A stretch of 61,547 nt of DNA, counting the filler, from Sphacelaria rigidula (lineage: Eukaryota): the NCBI GenBank assembly GCA_964200075.2. It is 9 parts of 9 records of this genome, joined end to end, with 100 filler letters (N's around TTAATTAATTAA, not from the genome) between each part and the next. Parts side by side here need not be neighbours in the genome. Positions count along the whole stretch, not along the records: positions 1 to 6,750 come from CAXNAA020018264.1; positions 6,851 to 13,600 come from CAXNAA020018265.1; 7 more parts are not named here. The stretch is one strand, 5' to 3'. Shown piece after piece: positions 1-12,446 of this stretch. The stretch's first letter is position 1. Every line of letters starts with the position of its first letter. Made by a program: the position numbers and the translations under genes. The notes under the pieces were generated by a model. It worked only from the letters and a program-made list of their open reading frames with translations. It was not told the DNA's origin and did no database searches.

Positions 1-2
1 TC

Positions 3-1412
3 AAGCATGCCACGACGGGAATGGTGAATGTGGTGCACAAGGGGTGCGGCTACGAGGGCTGCTCCACGCAGCCGTCGTATGGTGTGGCGGGGAGCAAAAA
101 AGCGGAGTTCTGCTTCAAGCATGCCACGGCGGGAATGGTGGACGTGAAGAACGAGGTGAGATTGAGGAGCAAGAGGTGCGGCTACGAGGGCTGTTATACG
201 TGTTCATCGTATGGTGTGGCGGGGAGCAAAAAGGCGGAGTTCTGCTCCAATCATGCCACGACGGGAATGGTGGACGTGAAGAACGAGGTGAGATTGAGGA
301 GCAAGAGGTGCGGCTACGAGGGCTGTTCTACGTGTTCATCGTATGGTGTGGCGGGGAGCAAAAAGGCGGAGTTCTGCTCCAAGCATGCCACGGCGGGAAT
401 GGTGGATGTGATGAGCAAGAGGTGCGGCTACGAGGGCTGCTCTACGCAGCCGTCGTACGGTGTGGCGGGGAGCAAAAGGGCGGAGTTCTGCTCCAAGCAT
501 GCCACCACGGGAATGGTGGATGTGGTGAACAAGAGGTGCGGCTACGAGGGCTGCCCTACTCAACCATCGTATGGTGTGGCGGGGAGCAAAAAGGCGAAGT
601 TCTGCTCCAATCACGCCACGACGGGGATGATAGATGTGGTGAGCGAGAGGTGCGGCTACGAGGGCTGCTCCAGGTATCCATCGTATCGTGTGGCGGGGAG
701 CAAAAAGGCGCAGCGCTGCTCCAATCATACCACGGCGGGAGTTGTGAATTTGGTGAGCAAAAAATGCAGTGAAGACGGGTGCTCCAAAATTGCTATCGAC
801 AAGAAGCACACATCTGGTGAGACAGAGTTTCGCCGACAGCAAACTAGTGCACACAACACAGCTGTAGTGTCTAACACCGCAAAGCTCACCACTGGGAAGG
901 GAACTCCCGAACGTCGCCCGACGGAGGGTAGTGAAAAAAGCTTTGCTTATGTTCGAAGAACAAAACGCAAGCGCGCAGTACTTTCCGCTTTTGCTGCAAA
1001 CGACTGTGTTGATGCCTCACGTAGCGTGTGCCCCGGTCCTAGGCGGGGTGTAGTAACACCGTTGCTCTCGAGACACACACCTTTGAGGGCTGATGGCGAG
1101 GTGTCGTTGGGGCCAAGAGCAGGGTCACGAATGAAGGTAGAGCTGGCAGTTTCTTCTACACACTGTGACGATGGGGTGAGGGAGTGTCGCGAGCAGGTCG
1201 CCCCCTTGAGTGGTCGGAGCAGCGACGGTGGTGGCCCCACCTTGATCAGCAGTGGCGGTGGGAGTACGGGGCAGCTCCGTGGTTCGCCGGCAGTGGTACC
1301 TGGACGCATGGGTACGTGTGGCAATGTAGATGTGGGCGGGACAAAGGAGGATTCAGACGTGAAGTTGAAGCTAGAGGCGTGTGGTCCTCCTTCTCGGGCG
1401 TTCGATCAATAA
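3..1412 (+). CDS. EsV-1-7 cysteine-rich repeat protein, 5'-partial
   Basis: Six full 38-44 aa repeats like KRCGYEGCSTQPSYGVAGSKKAEFCSKHATAGMVDV (C-x4-C...C-x2-H), then a degenerate seventh and a low-complexity C-terminus. The frame is open upstream of the listed ATG (KHATTG from nt 3), so the start lies outside the contig. Confidence 0.9.
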   Translation, partial: KHATTGMVNVVHKGCGYEGCSTQPSYGVAGSKKAEFCFKHATAGMVDVKNEVRLRSKRCGYEGCYTCSSYGVAGSKKAEFCSNHATTGMVDVKNEVRLRSKRCGYEGCSTCSSYGVAGSKKAEFCSKHATAGMVDVMSKRCGYEGCSTQPSYGVAGSKRAEFCSKHATTGMVDVVNKRCGYEGCPTQPSYGVAGSKKAKFCSNHATTGMIDVVSERCGYEGCSRYPSYRVAGSKKAQRCSNHTTAGVVNLVSKKCSEDGCSKIAIDKKHTSGETEFRRQQTSAHNTAVVSNTAKLTTGKGTPERRPTEGSEKSFAYVRRTKRKRAVLSAFAANDCVDASRSVCPGPRRGVVTPLLSRHTPLRADGEVSLGPRAGSRMKVELAVSSTHCDDGVRECREQVAPLSGRSSDGGGPTLISSGGGSTGQLRGSPAVVPGRMGTCGNVDVGGTKEDSDVKLKLEACGPPSRAFDQ

Positions 1413-4400
1413 TGGGTGACACTATTCCATGCATCGATCTCATTGCTCGGATTACCTGAGGAGTGTCTTGGTGTGTGCTTGCGTATGTTGTCGGCGGTCT
1501 AAATGGCAGCTGGTCGGTATGTTATTTGTATGTTCCAAACGCGGATCAGCTCGTGAGGTTGTGGGGTCCTGATATCTCAGCGCTGCTTTGCATGAGACTC
1601 ACGTGGCGGCGCAGCTGTCATACTTGCGATGGCCTTGTGCTTTCGTGGTAGTTTGCCAAGCGCTGGCCGAAAGGAGATGTACCGTAGTAATCGGCCAGCC
1701 GATAACAGTGGCATCACTGTTTGACTTGTGGTATTTTCCCCCCAGTCGTTTTCAGCTGATGCTATTCGTACTTATCACTCTTGTCCATTTTGTGAAAGTA
1801 CCTGTACTTCGAACAACACCTGTGGTGTATGTCGTATGTTTTGGAGCTGGGCGCCGGAGCTTGTTTGTTGCCTAAGTTTGCGCATACCGGAGTTTACTTA
1901 GAGTCTGCCGTGCTTTTAGATAATTAGTTTTCGTTCGTGGGGCCTGGGAGCACATTGTGGTGCCGCCTTGCCCCTTTGCTCAACTGTTGAATCTTACGAC
2001 CTGGTTATAGCGGAGTCGAGGGTTCGAATCTTGGGGGATATGTTTTGTTTCTCGGAAATATTTTTCGTCGTCGTTGAAATCGCGAGGATATGAGTATCAA
2101 CGGAGTCTCTTTGGTCGTCGAAGGTAAGCGGGAGTGTTGGACCGATCCGCGATACGGGAGTGTCAGGCTTCGCGAGGGAGAGAAACGTTGATCCCTCAAG
2201 ACTACCGACTGGTCCCGGGGAGTGAGGGCAGTTTATGTCGTGACGAAAAACCCCGAAGGTATGATGAACTGCGAAAAAAGAGCCGAGAAAAAGTAGAAGT
2301 CGAATCGGTGCAGCGTAGAGTCGGACGAATTTGGCCATTTATTTGCTGAGGGCCGTTATCTGCGGCTTCCATCCTGGAGGGCCAACCATATGTACGAATG
2401 TACAGGAAAAGCACCACATGACGACAGACCACCTCGGGGGAGGGGTGCATGAAAGTCAGCAATGAGTAGAGGATAAAAGAGAGAAGGGGAGATGATGAGA
2501 CGTTCTACCACTTCCGCCATCTTCAGTTTGGTACAGTACAAGCTGGCTACGCATTCTTCCGTCTCTTCCGTGCTCTCCTCATAGCTCCCGTTCAATCGCA
2601 CGTATTCCGCCGGCCTCCTCGTTCTTGCACCAAGAGGTCGTGAACCTCTCCGCTCCCTGCAGCACACCCGCCTGCCGTGGTACCCCCCTTCCTTCTTCGC
2701 TGCTAAAGGCCAGAGGGCACTTTCAACTCCGCACGTCTGTTGGTTGTGGTCTGTAGAGCCGTTCGCGGCTCCGGAAGCTTGAAACTCGTCCTTCAGGCAC
2801 TTGAGCCAATGTTGCCCCGGGCACCCTGGTGCTGGATCGTCCCACCCCCACGAGTATTCCGAATGCCAGTCGCTTCGGTAGTCGCCCGTCCGGTTGTCTG
2901 GTCAAGGCTCCGGCTAACAGCAGTCGCCGTTGCCGGATGATGGCTTCAGCACTTTGGCATCTGGTCTTCTTGAGGGCCTGCTGGGTGTACGATAATTGTC
3001 GGTATGTGTGCACGCGGCGGTACCCGATAACTCGCAAGAGGAGCTGGCGGTGTTCTGTCCCCAGCAACAAGTAGTGCTCGCGGCGCGGGGCCCACGTCAT
3101 GCATCTTTACAGCCAGACCTTCAGTCTCCACGGTACTTTCGGTTGGTCAAAGAGCTCCCGGGAAAACGTTCTGATGCACACCCACGCAGCTCTGTTCCGA
3201 TTATTGATCTCTCGTGTGAGCTCGCCATCCTCGGTGACGAGCTCACCGAAGTATCGGAACTTTGTGCGTACTTCTGTTCCGCTGCCTCGATGCGAGGAAG
3301 ATCGTTCTGGTGGCTCCCCCTTCCGTGGCGATTTCTTCAGTACTCGCATCAGTAGATTCTCTATCTCCTCCGACACCGTCAGTCCGAAGGCCCCAAACAC
3401 GCTCCTCACCACGCCATCGGGGAACCTCGAGACGACGGCTGCGTTATCGGTATACAGCATTCCCCACACCGCTCTTCGTACGCGTTCCAGAGGTGTTTCC
3501 ATCCCCTCACCGCCTCCTCGTCGAGATACACCACGTCCTTGAGGATGACGTCGTCCTCGCTGACCCGCACGAGAATCCTCTCGAGCGCCGCAGCCAGAAG
3601 GTATGGAAAAACAGCGGAGACAGCACATATCTTTGCCGTAGTCCCTGAGTGACCTCGAACCACTCTGGGAGCTCCCCTTTGTCCATGCGTACGCGGGCCT
3701 GCATGTCATCGTGGGATTGGCGGATAACTGTTATCATCTCATCCGGAATACCAGCTCGGGCAAGCACCTGCCATGGGAGCTCTCGGTCGACCGAATCATG
3801 GGTCTTTTGGAGGTCGACGAAGCACATGTAAAGTGGTATTTTCTGTCGTCGCTCCAGTTCATGGAGTCGGCGCACTACGAACAACCTATCGACGGTGGAT
3901 CGATTAGGTCGGAAGCGCACTGTTCCTCCGGCAGTATCCCGTGGGCTTCGCATCAGTCGCTGAGGCGGTTGGCCACCATCTTCAAAAGCACTTTTCCCAC
4001 GTGCGACACCAGTGAGATTCCCCGGTAGTTGTTACAGTTGGAGCGGTCCGATTTCTTGTAGAGCACTTTATTCGTAGCGTCTACCCACTCCTGCGGGATC
4101 TCACCTCCGTTCCACATCTCAACGAGGATGACATGGAAGCGTTCAATAACGATAGGCTCGGCGCAACCGTCGATCTTGAGTAGTTCTCGAGGAAGGGAGC
4201 CGTGTCCCCGCGCTTTCCAGTGTTGCATTCCCCGGACTGCTAGTATGGTTCCTTCAGCGTTGGTGCTGACCCAAGCGGTACCGAATCTCCGTTGTCGGTT
4301 GCTGCTTCACCTTCTCGACGATGGCTGGATCCAGCGTGGGCGATTTGGCGTTGAGCAGGGTTAGGAAAAACCTCGCCAATCGCTCCAGGATCTTGAACTT

Positions 4401-4588
4401 GTTCCTCAGTAGAACCCCATTTTCGTTCTCGATGAACTAACTGCTATTCCCCTGATTGCCTCCCCTCAAGACCCACGGACCTCTTGAGGTGTTTGTACAC
4501 GCCTCGCATGTCGCGATCCTTGTAGATCGCTTCTAACCTCGCCACATACCTTTCCAGGTGTGCATGGACGCCGTCGTCTATCAACAAC

Positions 4589-4874
4589 GTTTTCGTGAGA
4601 TTGAAAGTAGAGCGCTGATTGAGAGTGGCTTTGGTCAATCACTCTAACTTGGCTAGTCTCTCATTCCGCGTGTGTTTTTCTTTGCCTCTGTCACTAGCGG
4701 GTGCTTGTAGCTACACGTCGATATCCTACTCGGGGACGTCAAGGGCCTCAGTGGCGAGCTACTACAAAAGCATATCGGGCCTCTTGGAGGAGCATTTCGG
4801 AACTGAAACGATAATCTACTAATTGACCTCTTTTCACTCTCAATCGTATCCTCTACTCTCAATTTCACGAATAC
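4589..4874. mobile_element. MITE family A inserted in the LINE
   Basis: Imperfect ~24-bp TIR GTTTTCGTGAGATTGAAAGTAGAG ... CTCTACTCTCAATTTCACGAATAC. Related copies at 15799-17112 and 56922-57042. Confidence 0.8.
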
Positions 4875-5480
4875 ACTGTTTATCGCCGTATGTACTCTCT
4901 TACACGCGGCCCTGAGTGTTTTTCATGTTGCTGGGGTCCGGTTGCCTTTCATGAGGCGGTGTGCCTCCCGTCGGTAGACAAGCGCTCCCTCTACTGCCGC
5001 TCTTGTGTCGGGACGTTCACACCATTCCGGCATACGTAGTATCCGTGTCTCTGCCGGGAGTACTGTCTGTGCTGCTTCGAGGATAGCTTTTGTGAACTCC
5101 TTCGCGGCCACCGGTGTGGTGTGGATGGCTGGTATGCTCGCTCCCCGAGCTTATGTATGAAGCTCTTGATCACACGCTGCCGTGCTATTTCGATCTGCAG
5201 TGATTGCTGTCCACTGGATTGCCGCTGTTTCGATTTGGTTCGTACGGGAAGATTGTGGGTGAGGCGGGCACCGAGGTCAACAGTGGCCACCATGCTGTGA
5301 CCCGAGTCAGCTTTGGCCGGAGGTACGGGTTGGGGGTGTACGACTACGTTGCACAATACTATACCTCGGTGTGCCTGCCGAGTGAGTATGTAATCTATGC
5401 GCTTGAAATCACTCGCGCGATTCGCTGCAACACCGTTGAACGTGTGTGATTTTCCGCCTTTACGCGTGCTGAAGGTGTCA

Positions 5481-6036
5481 ACACGGCATCTTACAAATTG
5501 GGGACGGATATTTTACTGGAAATGAGAAACCCGGAGAATTAAAATCTTCGTATTCACACCAATTTTTCGAAATATGGTTCAGTTTCTTCATCTACTGATA
5601 GCTATTGACAACTGCTACACGCCATAGAAACTTGGATTTTCATCACCGAAATATTGGGGTCCTAGGTAAAAAAACAATTTCGGGGAATTCCGGGTGTCCG
5701 AACGGACGCCAAAATGGTTCCGAAATGGTTTTTTCACGGAGGACCCCAAATATTTGGTGACCAAAATCCGAATTTCTGTGTTGTGTAGCAGTTGTCAATA
5801 GCTATCGGTAGGTGAAGAAATTGGTTGATTGATTGATTGATTGATTGTCGCGCTTTAACTGACCTCCCAGGGGTCCAGCCGTGGTCTCATGATAGACGCA
5901 CCCAAGAAAAATGAAACCGAAACACGCTCTGAAATGGAACAGCATTTCAAAGATTCGGTGTGGATACGAAGATTTTAATTCTTCGGGTTTCCCATTCCCA
6001 ATAAAAGATCCATCCCCAATTTGTAAGATCCCGTGT
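5481..6036. mobile_element. Foldback MITE splitting the LINE endonuclease
   Basis: 5481-5586 is the imperfect reverse complement of 5931-6036, and 5586-5665 of 5740-5820. LINE coding sequence (LVMTN / TFSTRKGGKSHTFNG) resumes on either side. Confidence 0.85.
5821..5930 (-). mobile_element. Short retroposon 3' end with (ATCA)n tail, nested in the foldback MITE
   Basis: Plus strand (GATT)n-GTCGCGCTTTAACTGACC...GGTCCAGCCGTGGTC...CATGATAGACG is shared with 33287-33520, 35420-35570 and 38685-38920. It disrupts one arm of the host palindrome. Confidence 0.7.
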
Positions 6037-6750
6037 TTGTTCGTCATGACTAGTTTGTTGGCTGCGAAATTTAACAGTAAATGGACCCCTTCGTCCTGTA
6101 GGCCCTCTGTCAATATCCTCCCCGTTCGCGCGTTAGCGTCCGTCAACATATACACATTCTCATTCGACGAGATCCGCTGAACTAGATCGTTTAGACCACC
6201 CCAAAAGTCTTGTTCGGTTTCGTCCTCGGCTACTTCGGTTAGCGCATACGCAGCTACGAAATTGATCGCTCCGCGTTGCCCCGAGATTTCAAACAGCATT
6301 GCCATGAGGCGCTTGTCAATGTACTTGGTGGTGTAGGTGGCGTTATTGCAAATCGACTCTATGACGGCTAGCCCCACCCCGAGTCGCCCACAGCAGAAGA
6401 CTCTGAACTCTGCTGCTGTACAGTCTGTTCGCCATGCAGTTCCACCACTGAGATGTTTAGTCTCGCAGCCTCATACACAACGCTGCAGTCTTGTCTCCAC
6501 CCGTTTGCTTCGTTCACAGCGAGAGTTCTGACGTTGTCACTGGCCACCTTAACAAGCTGAGTCCGCCGCCTCGACCGGGCTATTCGTGCTGCTTTCGCAG
6601 CAAGCCTACGCCCAGCCCGCCCCCTCCTCCAGGTTTTTGGTTAGACACCTATTAGACAGTGTAAAAGCCATGGCTGTCTCTGGAAGTGGCGATACGACAG
6701 AATAAAGCAACTCATTGTTGGCTGTCATCCAAATGCAAGATAAACAGTAG

Positions 6751-6850
6751 NNNNNNNNNNNNNNNNNNNNNNNNNNNNNNNNNNNNNNNNNNNNTTAATT
6801 AATTAANNNNNNNNNNNNNNNNNNNNNNNNNNNNNNNNNNNNNNNNNNNN
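6751..6850. other. Artificial contig-joining linker (first of eight)
   Basis: N44-TTAATTAATTAA-N44, with stops in all six frames. Repeated at 13601, 20451, 27301, 34151, 41001, 47850 and 54699. Confidence 0.98.
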
Positions 6851-6934
6851 AATGCTGTGCAGTGTGTTTACGTACAAACACTACCCTTCATCTGCAGCTG
6901 CGGGCAAGGTACCGGCGGAAAAAAAGGACTGGGC

Positions 6935-7003
6935 AAGGTCGGACGGGGAATCGAACCCACAATTCTATCTTCTAACGTATAAATCGTTGTCCACTAAGCT
7001 ACA
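6935..7003 (-). pseudogene. Degenerate tRNA-like / SINE head
   Basis: Minus strand reads GTGTAGCTTAGTGG (A box-like) ... GGGTTCGATTCCCC (B box). No clean cloverleaf. Confidence 0.45.
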
Positions 7004-9954
7004 CGTGATATTCATTAAGGTTGGGTCGTACTCTTTGTACTTCTAATTTTGGGGGATTTTCAATTTTTGGACCCCCGAAGGCCCGTGTCAACACTGAAAT
7101 CCCTCGGATTGTTTTTAAAGGCACAAGTGCAATGGAAATCTGGAATTTGAACGGCCTCTGCTGTTCAAAATAAATCCTAGTTCCAAAGTTGGAATAGGGC
7201 AAAAAGGGTTCATTTCGAAGAGCAGAATAAGCTGTACAGATAATCTCATATTCAATATATAGCAGATGGAATTCGTACACCGGAAGCTGTTCGAAACAAT
7301 AAATCCCCATCTTGCCCACGCCAATAGCTGAAATTAGGCAAAGAAATAACTTGTTTGCGAGCAGCTTCTGCTGTTTAATTCCCACATACTGCACGCAAGG
7401 TTCAGGTGCAGCAGGGGGGATGTTGTCAGAAAGCAATATACCTCATTTATGAATGCATATACCTGATGAAAAACCCGTAGTCCCGTGACTACTACAATAT
7501 ACACGAAAACCGCGAAACATCTCATCGCGCGCGGTTGATCCTGCATGCGTACTTTGATGGGGATATATTCACAACAATAAACTGTACTGGACTGTACGAT
7601 ACCATGCGGGACAGCGCTCTATACCGTGCTTATACGTGCGGCGCCATGTACTGCAGGTGGCTGGCTATATATACAATATAGATGCCTACAGCTTATTTTG
7701 ATATATGAGGGTGTTATATACCGTCAGGAACTCCAGTACAGTATTACACGCGCATCCTCACAGCATATGCGCATGCCGCACAGCAAGTAGGGCGTGAAAG
7801 GGAAGGGAGAAAATACAGTGCAGACAGCGCAGGACAATGTATATATATGTTCTCTACCTACAGTGCGACGTGAAAAGGACTTGAACAACGTGCAGCATTG
7901 TACGCGCGGCCTGCACCATGTTACGTTCCCCGCACCCTACACCCCGCGTATATATGTCGTCGCCGCGCGATGTCGCGACCATGAAAGAAGATGGTCAAGT
8001 TTCCACCAACAAGAAGTACATCATACCCACCCACGGCATCATGTATCTACTATATCCCTGTGCCCAACCCGTGCTCTTTGCTGCAGGATTGTGATGGTAG
8101 CTGGGAATAATACTGTTGTGGGGTGTGCATATTGATGTTCGATCTGCGAATAGCCGGCGATCTATATATCTTCGGGTGCGATGGTCTGTACTATTAATAT
8201 ACAAGATTGCTGGGATCACAATAGGGGTGCAATTGATTGAGTGACTTTTTCCAAACATGGTTTGTGTTGGTAAACACTGGACCAGGTTCTTTTTTATGAA
8301 ATATGTGAATCGATATGCGAGGTATACACCGTGTAACCAGCGCCTTCATCATGCCTGGCTTGCTTGAAGCACAGGCGTGTGAACATACACACGTAACCAG
8401 TGTGTGGGACCGCTATTCTGCGGAAGCTGTTGAGAGTTATTCATCATTTTGCCCATGTACACATGGACTGGGGGCAAAAGGATGAATTACTTTCAACATT
8501 TGTTTTGCGTGTCGGATCCTATACGCTGACAACGGTGCAATATGCGGGATATGCCCAGCTGACGCTGTTCGCAATAAATCTCTGTTTCCTAAATTTCCGG
8601 ATGAATTGGAGAGCAAAGTGAAAATTTATTTCAAGCTTCTTCTGCTGGTCAAATTCCAAATCTGCCAGTGTTCATGGGGTTTGCGCAGCAGAAGATGTTC
8701 GAAGTAGATCCTTTTTTCGCTCATTTCAAAAATAGGCGAAATAATTACATATTTTGAATAGGTGCTTCTGCTGTTCAAAATAAATCCTTTTTTTTGCCGA
8801 AATCAATTGGTCAAGAAAAGGATCTGTTTTGAATAGCTTGTCCTGCTGTCCGAGAGAAATTCCTTTTTTCCCGATTCAAATCGGGTAAAGAGCAATTTAC
8901 CTCGGACAGCAGGACAAGCTATTTAAAATATATAAATTTACAGATTTTGTACAAAAAAACTACCACATGACTGTGCAGGGCTTTGCCGACGTGCCTACAC
9001 AGGGCTGCAAATTCAACCTTGGGGGAAACCTTATCACAACACTATGAGCGGTACAGATTTGCCTTTTCACTGTCAGGGTTTTTTCACAAAGACTGCGGAG
9101 GATCCTGTACGGACCCTGCACAGTGCGCCCCACAGGGTGCTACCTGTCCACGGGTGGGGGTGCGTCAGCTGCAATCTGGAGCTTTCGTTACTCTACTCTA
9201 CTGACCCCCGTCTGCAGAGCGTCTGCCGAGAGGTCACACACGGTAACAACTTGGTATTATGAACCCAAATTCGGAACAGCTATGGAAACAAAATAGTTAG
9301 GTTTTGAAACCACGTGCAGATCGTTGAAATGACTCTTGTTACCCAAGGAACTGCGGCCTCTCCGTCCCCTCGCCAGGTATGAAAGAAGGACGACAGAGAG
9401 TTTTGGGAGTGCATGTAACGCCCACGGGGGAACACAGAGTTACTCGAGTATGGAAATCCCCGTTTTCCTATCTGCAAACAGTTCTATGCCCGTTGCTTTC
9501 TGATAGGAACGTTAAGCTGTCGATTTGTGTTCGGCACTGTACTGATTGGCGGATGCCAATGCCAGCAAAGTTTGGTAGTGCTGCTCGACAGTATCTTCGA
9601 ACGTTTGACGGGATCCAAAGCGGACACTTCCCCTTGTTAATCGTGTGATTTTACTCATGGTAAATGTAAGATCCAGGATACTCTGACGAGGCTATCGGAG
9701 GAAGATGTGGCGGATCAACCGATGGGAAACGGTACTGGTGATTTCCAGGAATGGTACTGTAGAACGACGGTTCGGATCGATTCTCGGAATGGTCTTGAAA
9801 GCGTTCGTTGTTCTCACTTTTGTTCTGGAATGATCCGAAAACGACGGGGAGTTATCTTGTGGTATACGGTACGTTTCTGCGGGATGAAACAGGAGATATT
9901 TGCCGTGGCTCGAGAAGGAGTCGACCATGATGCACCCCCGCATCTCTCGCCCCA

Positions 9955-9956
<2 letters not shown>

Positions 9957-9989
<33 letters not shown>
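9957..9989. repeat. (GT)n microsatellite
   Basis: Direct inspection. Confidence 0.95.
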
Positions 9990-9991
<2 letters not shown>

Positions 9992-10291
9992 TTCATATCC
10001 ATGAGCGGTCTGATATGAATGAGACAAGAAAAGACAACTATACACTTCTGCTTCTGTGACTTCATCTTCGACAGCGGACGCTGTGCGAGATTACCTTCTA
10101 CGTTTTTGGTTGAGCAGTGAGTGCTCAAGCCATATGACTCTAGACTCTACCGAAAACCCCTCGGGTAACGAGAGTCATTTCAATGATCTGAACGTAGTTT
10201 CGAAAACCGAACTGTTTTGTTTCCATAGAGGCTGGTTCATGAAAAAAAAACCGAAAACACTCATCGGCAAAACTTCAAGCCGTTTTTGAGA

Positions 10292-10915
10292 AGTTAGACC
10301 CTGAAATTTTGCACAGGTGTTCTATGGGTCATTACGCAACTTTCCAAGGTCGAGATGTTTTTCACGTCTTTACCTTTTCCACCGTTTTTCCGGGATCCCG
10401 GTTTTTTCGGGGAAACTTCGATCGAGTCGGACCCCCGTGAAACGGTAAAAAACAAAACCTCGTCCATCCAAAGTTGCGTAATGACCCATACCACAGTTGT
10501 GCAAAATTTCAGGATCTAACTCCTTAAAACGGCGTTACGTTTTTCGCGTTTGTGCGATGAACCTTGCCGTGTCACGGTGAAACGGCAAACCACTAGATTT
10601 TAGTATGAAAATGATGTTTTTGAGCCTTCTTTGACGTGGAACATGAAAATTCAAGCACCACTTCATCGAGTTTAGCCACGAAACTGTGTGGGATTCTTCC
10701 TCGGGTTTTGAGGCGACAGAGCGTCTGCGAAAAAATTGAAAAAAAATCCGTAGTGCCGGTTTTCCGGGGTCCCAGAATGAACGACCCCGAAAGAACGACT
10801 TGGATCCCGTCGGACCCCCGAAAAACGGTAGACAGAATCAAGAATCAGAAAAACCTCGTTCATCAAAACTTGCGTAATGATTCATAGCACATTTGTGCAA
10901 AGTTTCAGGGTCTTT
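10292..10915. repeat. Complex inverted/direct repeat, probably a DNA-transposon derivative
   Basis: AGTTAGACCCTGAAATTTTGCACAGGTGTTCTATGGGTCATTACGCAACTTT (10292) is inverted at ~10470-10521, with a third copy at ~10866-10915. Confidence 0.65.
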
Positions 10916-11784
10916 CTCCTGATAAATGCGTGAAGATTTGCGCGTTTGTGCGACGATGTGAACTTATAGCGTGCAAACTCCTAACTACTTGGTTTGAGTA
11001 TGAAAACTTTCAGGGTGAATTTTACGTCAAGACAAGAAAAACTTATGAGGTTTTCGATTTTCTCCACCAAAGTTCGTACATGTGTTCCTTGGACCATCCC
11101 GGGACGCATCATCTAATTATTTTTCCTTTTGAGTCATTCTGTACCGCCTTCCAGGGGTCTTTGTACTGGGACCCTCGGAAGCCGGTAGAGAACGGAGAAA
11201 CTTTGAACTCTTGCCAAGAACACTTTTTTTTCCTTTGGAGCATCAATACCTACGGAACTGCCAAGTTTGAGGATGATCTGAGCTTTTTTAGAACATATAT
11301 AAGGGAAATCCCCACGAGGCTCTCTGAGTCTTTCCTGCGTATCATGAGTGGAAATTAGACGGCGCCAAACTCCACATCACCGAAACATTACGATTCCGGG
11401 CATAATTCGATCCCGTGGAACCGTTTTCAAATCTGCTTCTCCCGTCAGATTCTCGAGCTCATTACGGTTACTACGGTTTCAAGCGTGTGGAGCTTCGGTA
11501 AACATTGGGCTTGCAACTCGTGTTTTCAATTTCAGAGCAATTCAAAAGGCGCTGGTTGATCGAGACGCATTTTTGTCCATAGCGCCACCGCTGTAACCTT
11601 AAACAAAAATCCGGCTATGTCGCCCTCTTCGTCTGTTCAATACGGTCACTATGATACCATGTTTGCAACTATTGGGTGCGTATCGCGGAAGGTATTTGCT
11701 GATGACAGAATTTCGGATCTTCTGCGCGAACCAGCCTGTAAACTCCAGAGAAATAGCACACGCAACGAAAAATGGTCAAGTTAA

Positions 11785-11987
11785 CCCTTTGACCACGGAG
11801 CTAGATCACCTCGTGAATCGGCATCAATTTTACTCGAAAAACTTATGCATGATCCAGATGGACTACCCCTCCGGTCCAAGGGTTAACCCTTGTTCTGCGA
11901 GGATAGTCCATCTGGATCGTGCATACCTTTTCCAAGTGAAATAGATGTGGATTCAACGGATGACCTGCTACTGTCGTCGTCCAAGGG
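11785..11987. mobile_element. Two adjacent ~100-bp piggyBac-like MITEs in opposite orientation sharing one TTAA
   Basis: TTAA-CCCTTTGACC...GGTCCAAGGG-TTAA-CCCTTG...GTCCAAGGG-TTAT. The core TGAATCGGCATCAAT...GATCCAGATGGACTA is forward in the first unit and reversed in the second. Confidence 0.8.
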
Positions 11988-12019
11988 TTATATGTAGGAG
12001 GGCTGTGAACTGGACCAGT

Positions 12020-12446
12020 CAACAGTGGATTCTCAAAAATTGGGTTGAAAAACAGAAATGAGGTTCAACTCAAGAGCCGTGCTCGCCCTTACCTAAATTC
12101 ATGACAACTGACTCTTCATAGGGACAACCTCATCCCTCCCGATCTCCCCGAAACTATTTTGGAGGATTTCTAGCCTCCCGTCCTCTCAAAAGGGATGTGC
12201 GAAAGCACACTTTTGCCCCGATTTCGGGGTCGAAAAGGGACGTTTTTTGGCCCAAAATTCGTGCTTTCGCACATACTCTTTGAGGGAACGGAAGGCTAGA
12301 AATCCTCAAAATAGTTTTAGGGAGGTCGGGAGGGATGGGGTCGTGCATATAAGAGTCATTTGTCATGAATTTAGGTCAGCGAAAGCACGGCTTTTTAGTC
12401 CAACCTCTTTTCTTTTTTCAACCACATTTTCGAGAATCCACTGTTG
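12020..12446. mobile_element. Foldback MITE (~430 bp, arms ~190 bp)
   Basis: CAACAGTGGATTCTC...GAGAATCCACTGTTG ends. Pairing continues inward (CCTAAATTCATGACAA/TTGTCATGAATTTAGG; ATGTGCGAAAGCAC/GTGCTTTCGCACAT). Confidence 0.85.

Larger units (their letters stand above)
2356..6600 (-). mobile_element. Degenerate RTE-clade LINE (APE endonuclease + reverse transcriptase), frameshifted and interrupted by MITEs; ends approximate
   Basis: EN motifs VYMLTDANARTG and SHTFNG...IDYIL (5370-6377). RT motifs [73 protein letters not shown] (decayed YADD). C-terminal RLPKRL. Motifs are spread over several frames. Confidence 0.9.

Noticed and set aside
44..854. Overlapping ORFs 44-772 (+) and 336-854 (-)
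   Set aside because: Shadow frames of the GC-rich EsV-1-7 tandem repeat.
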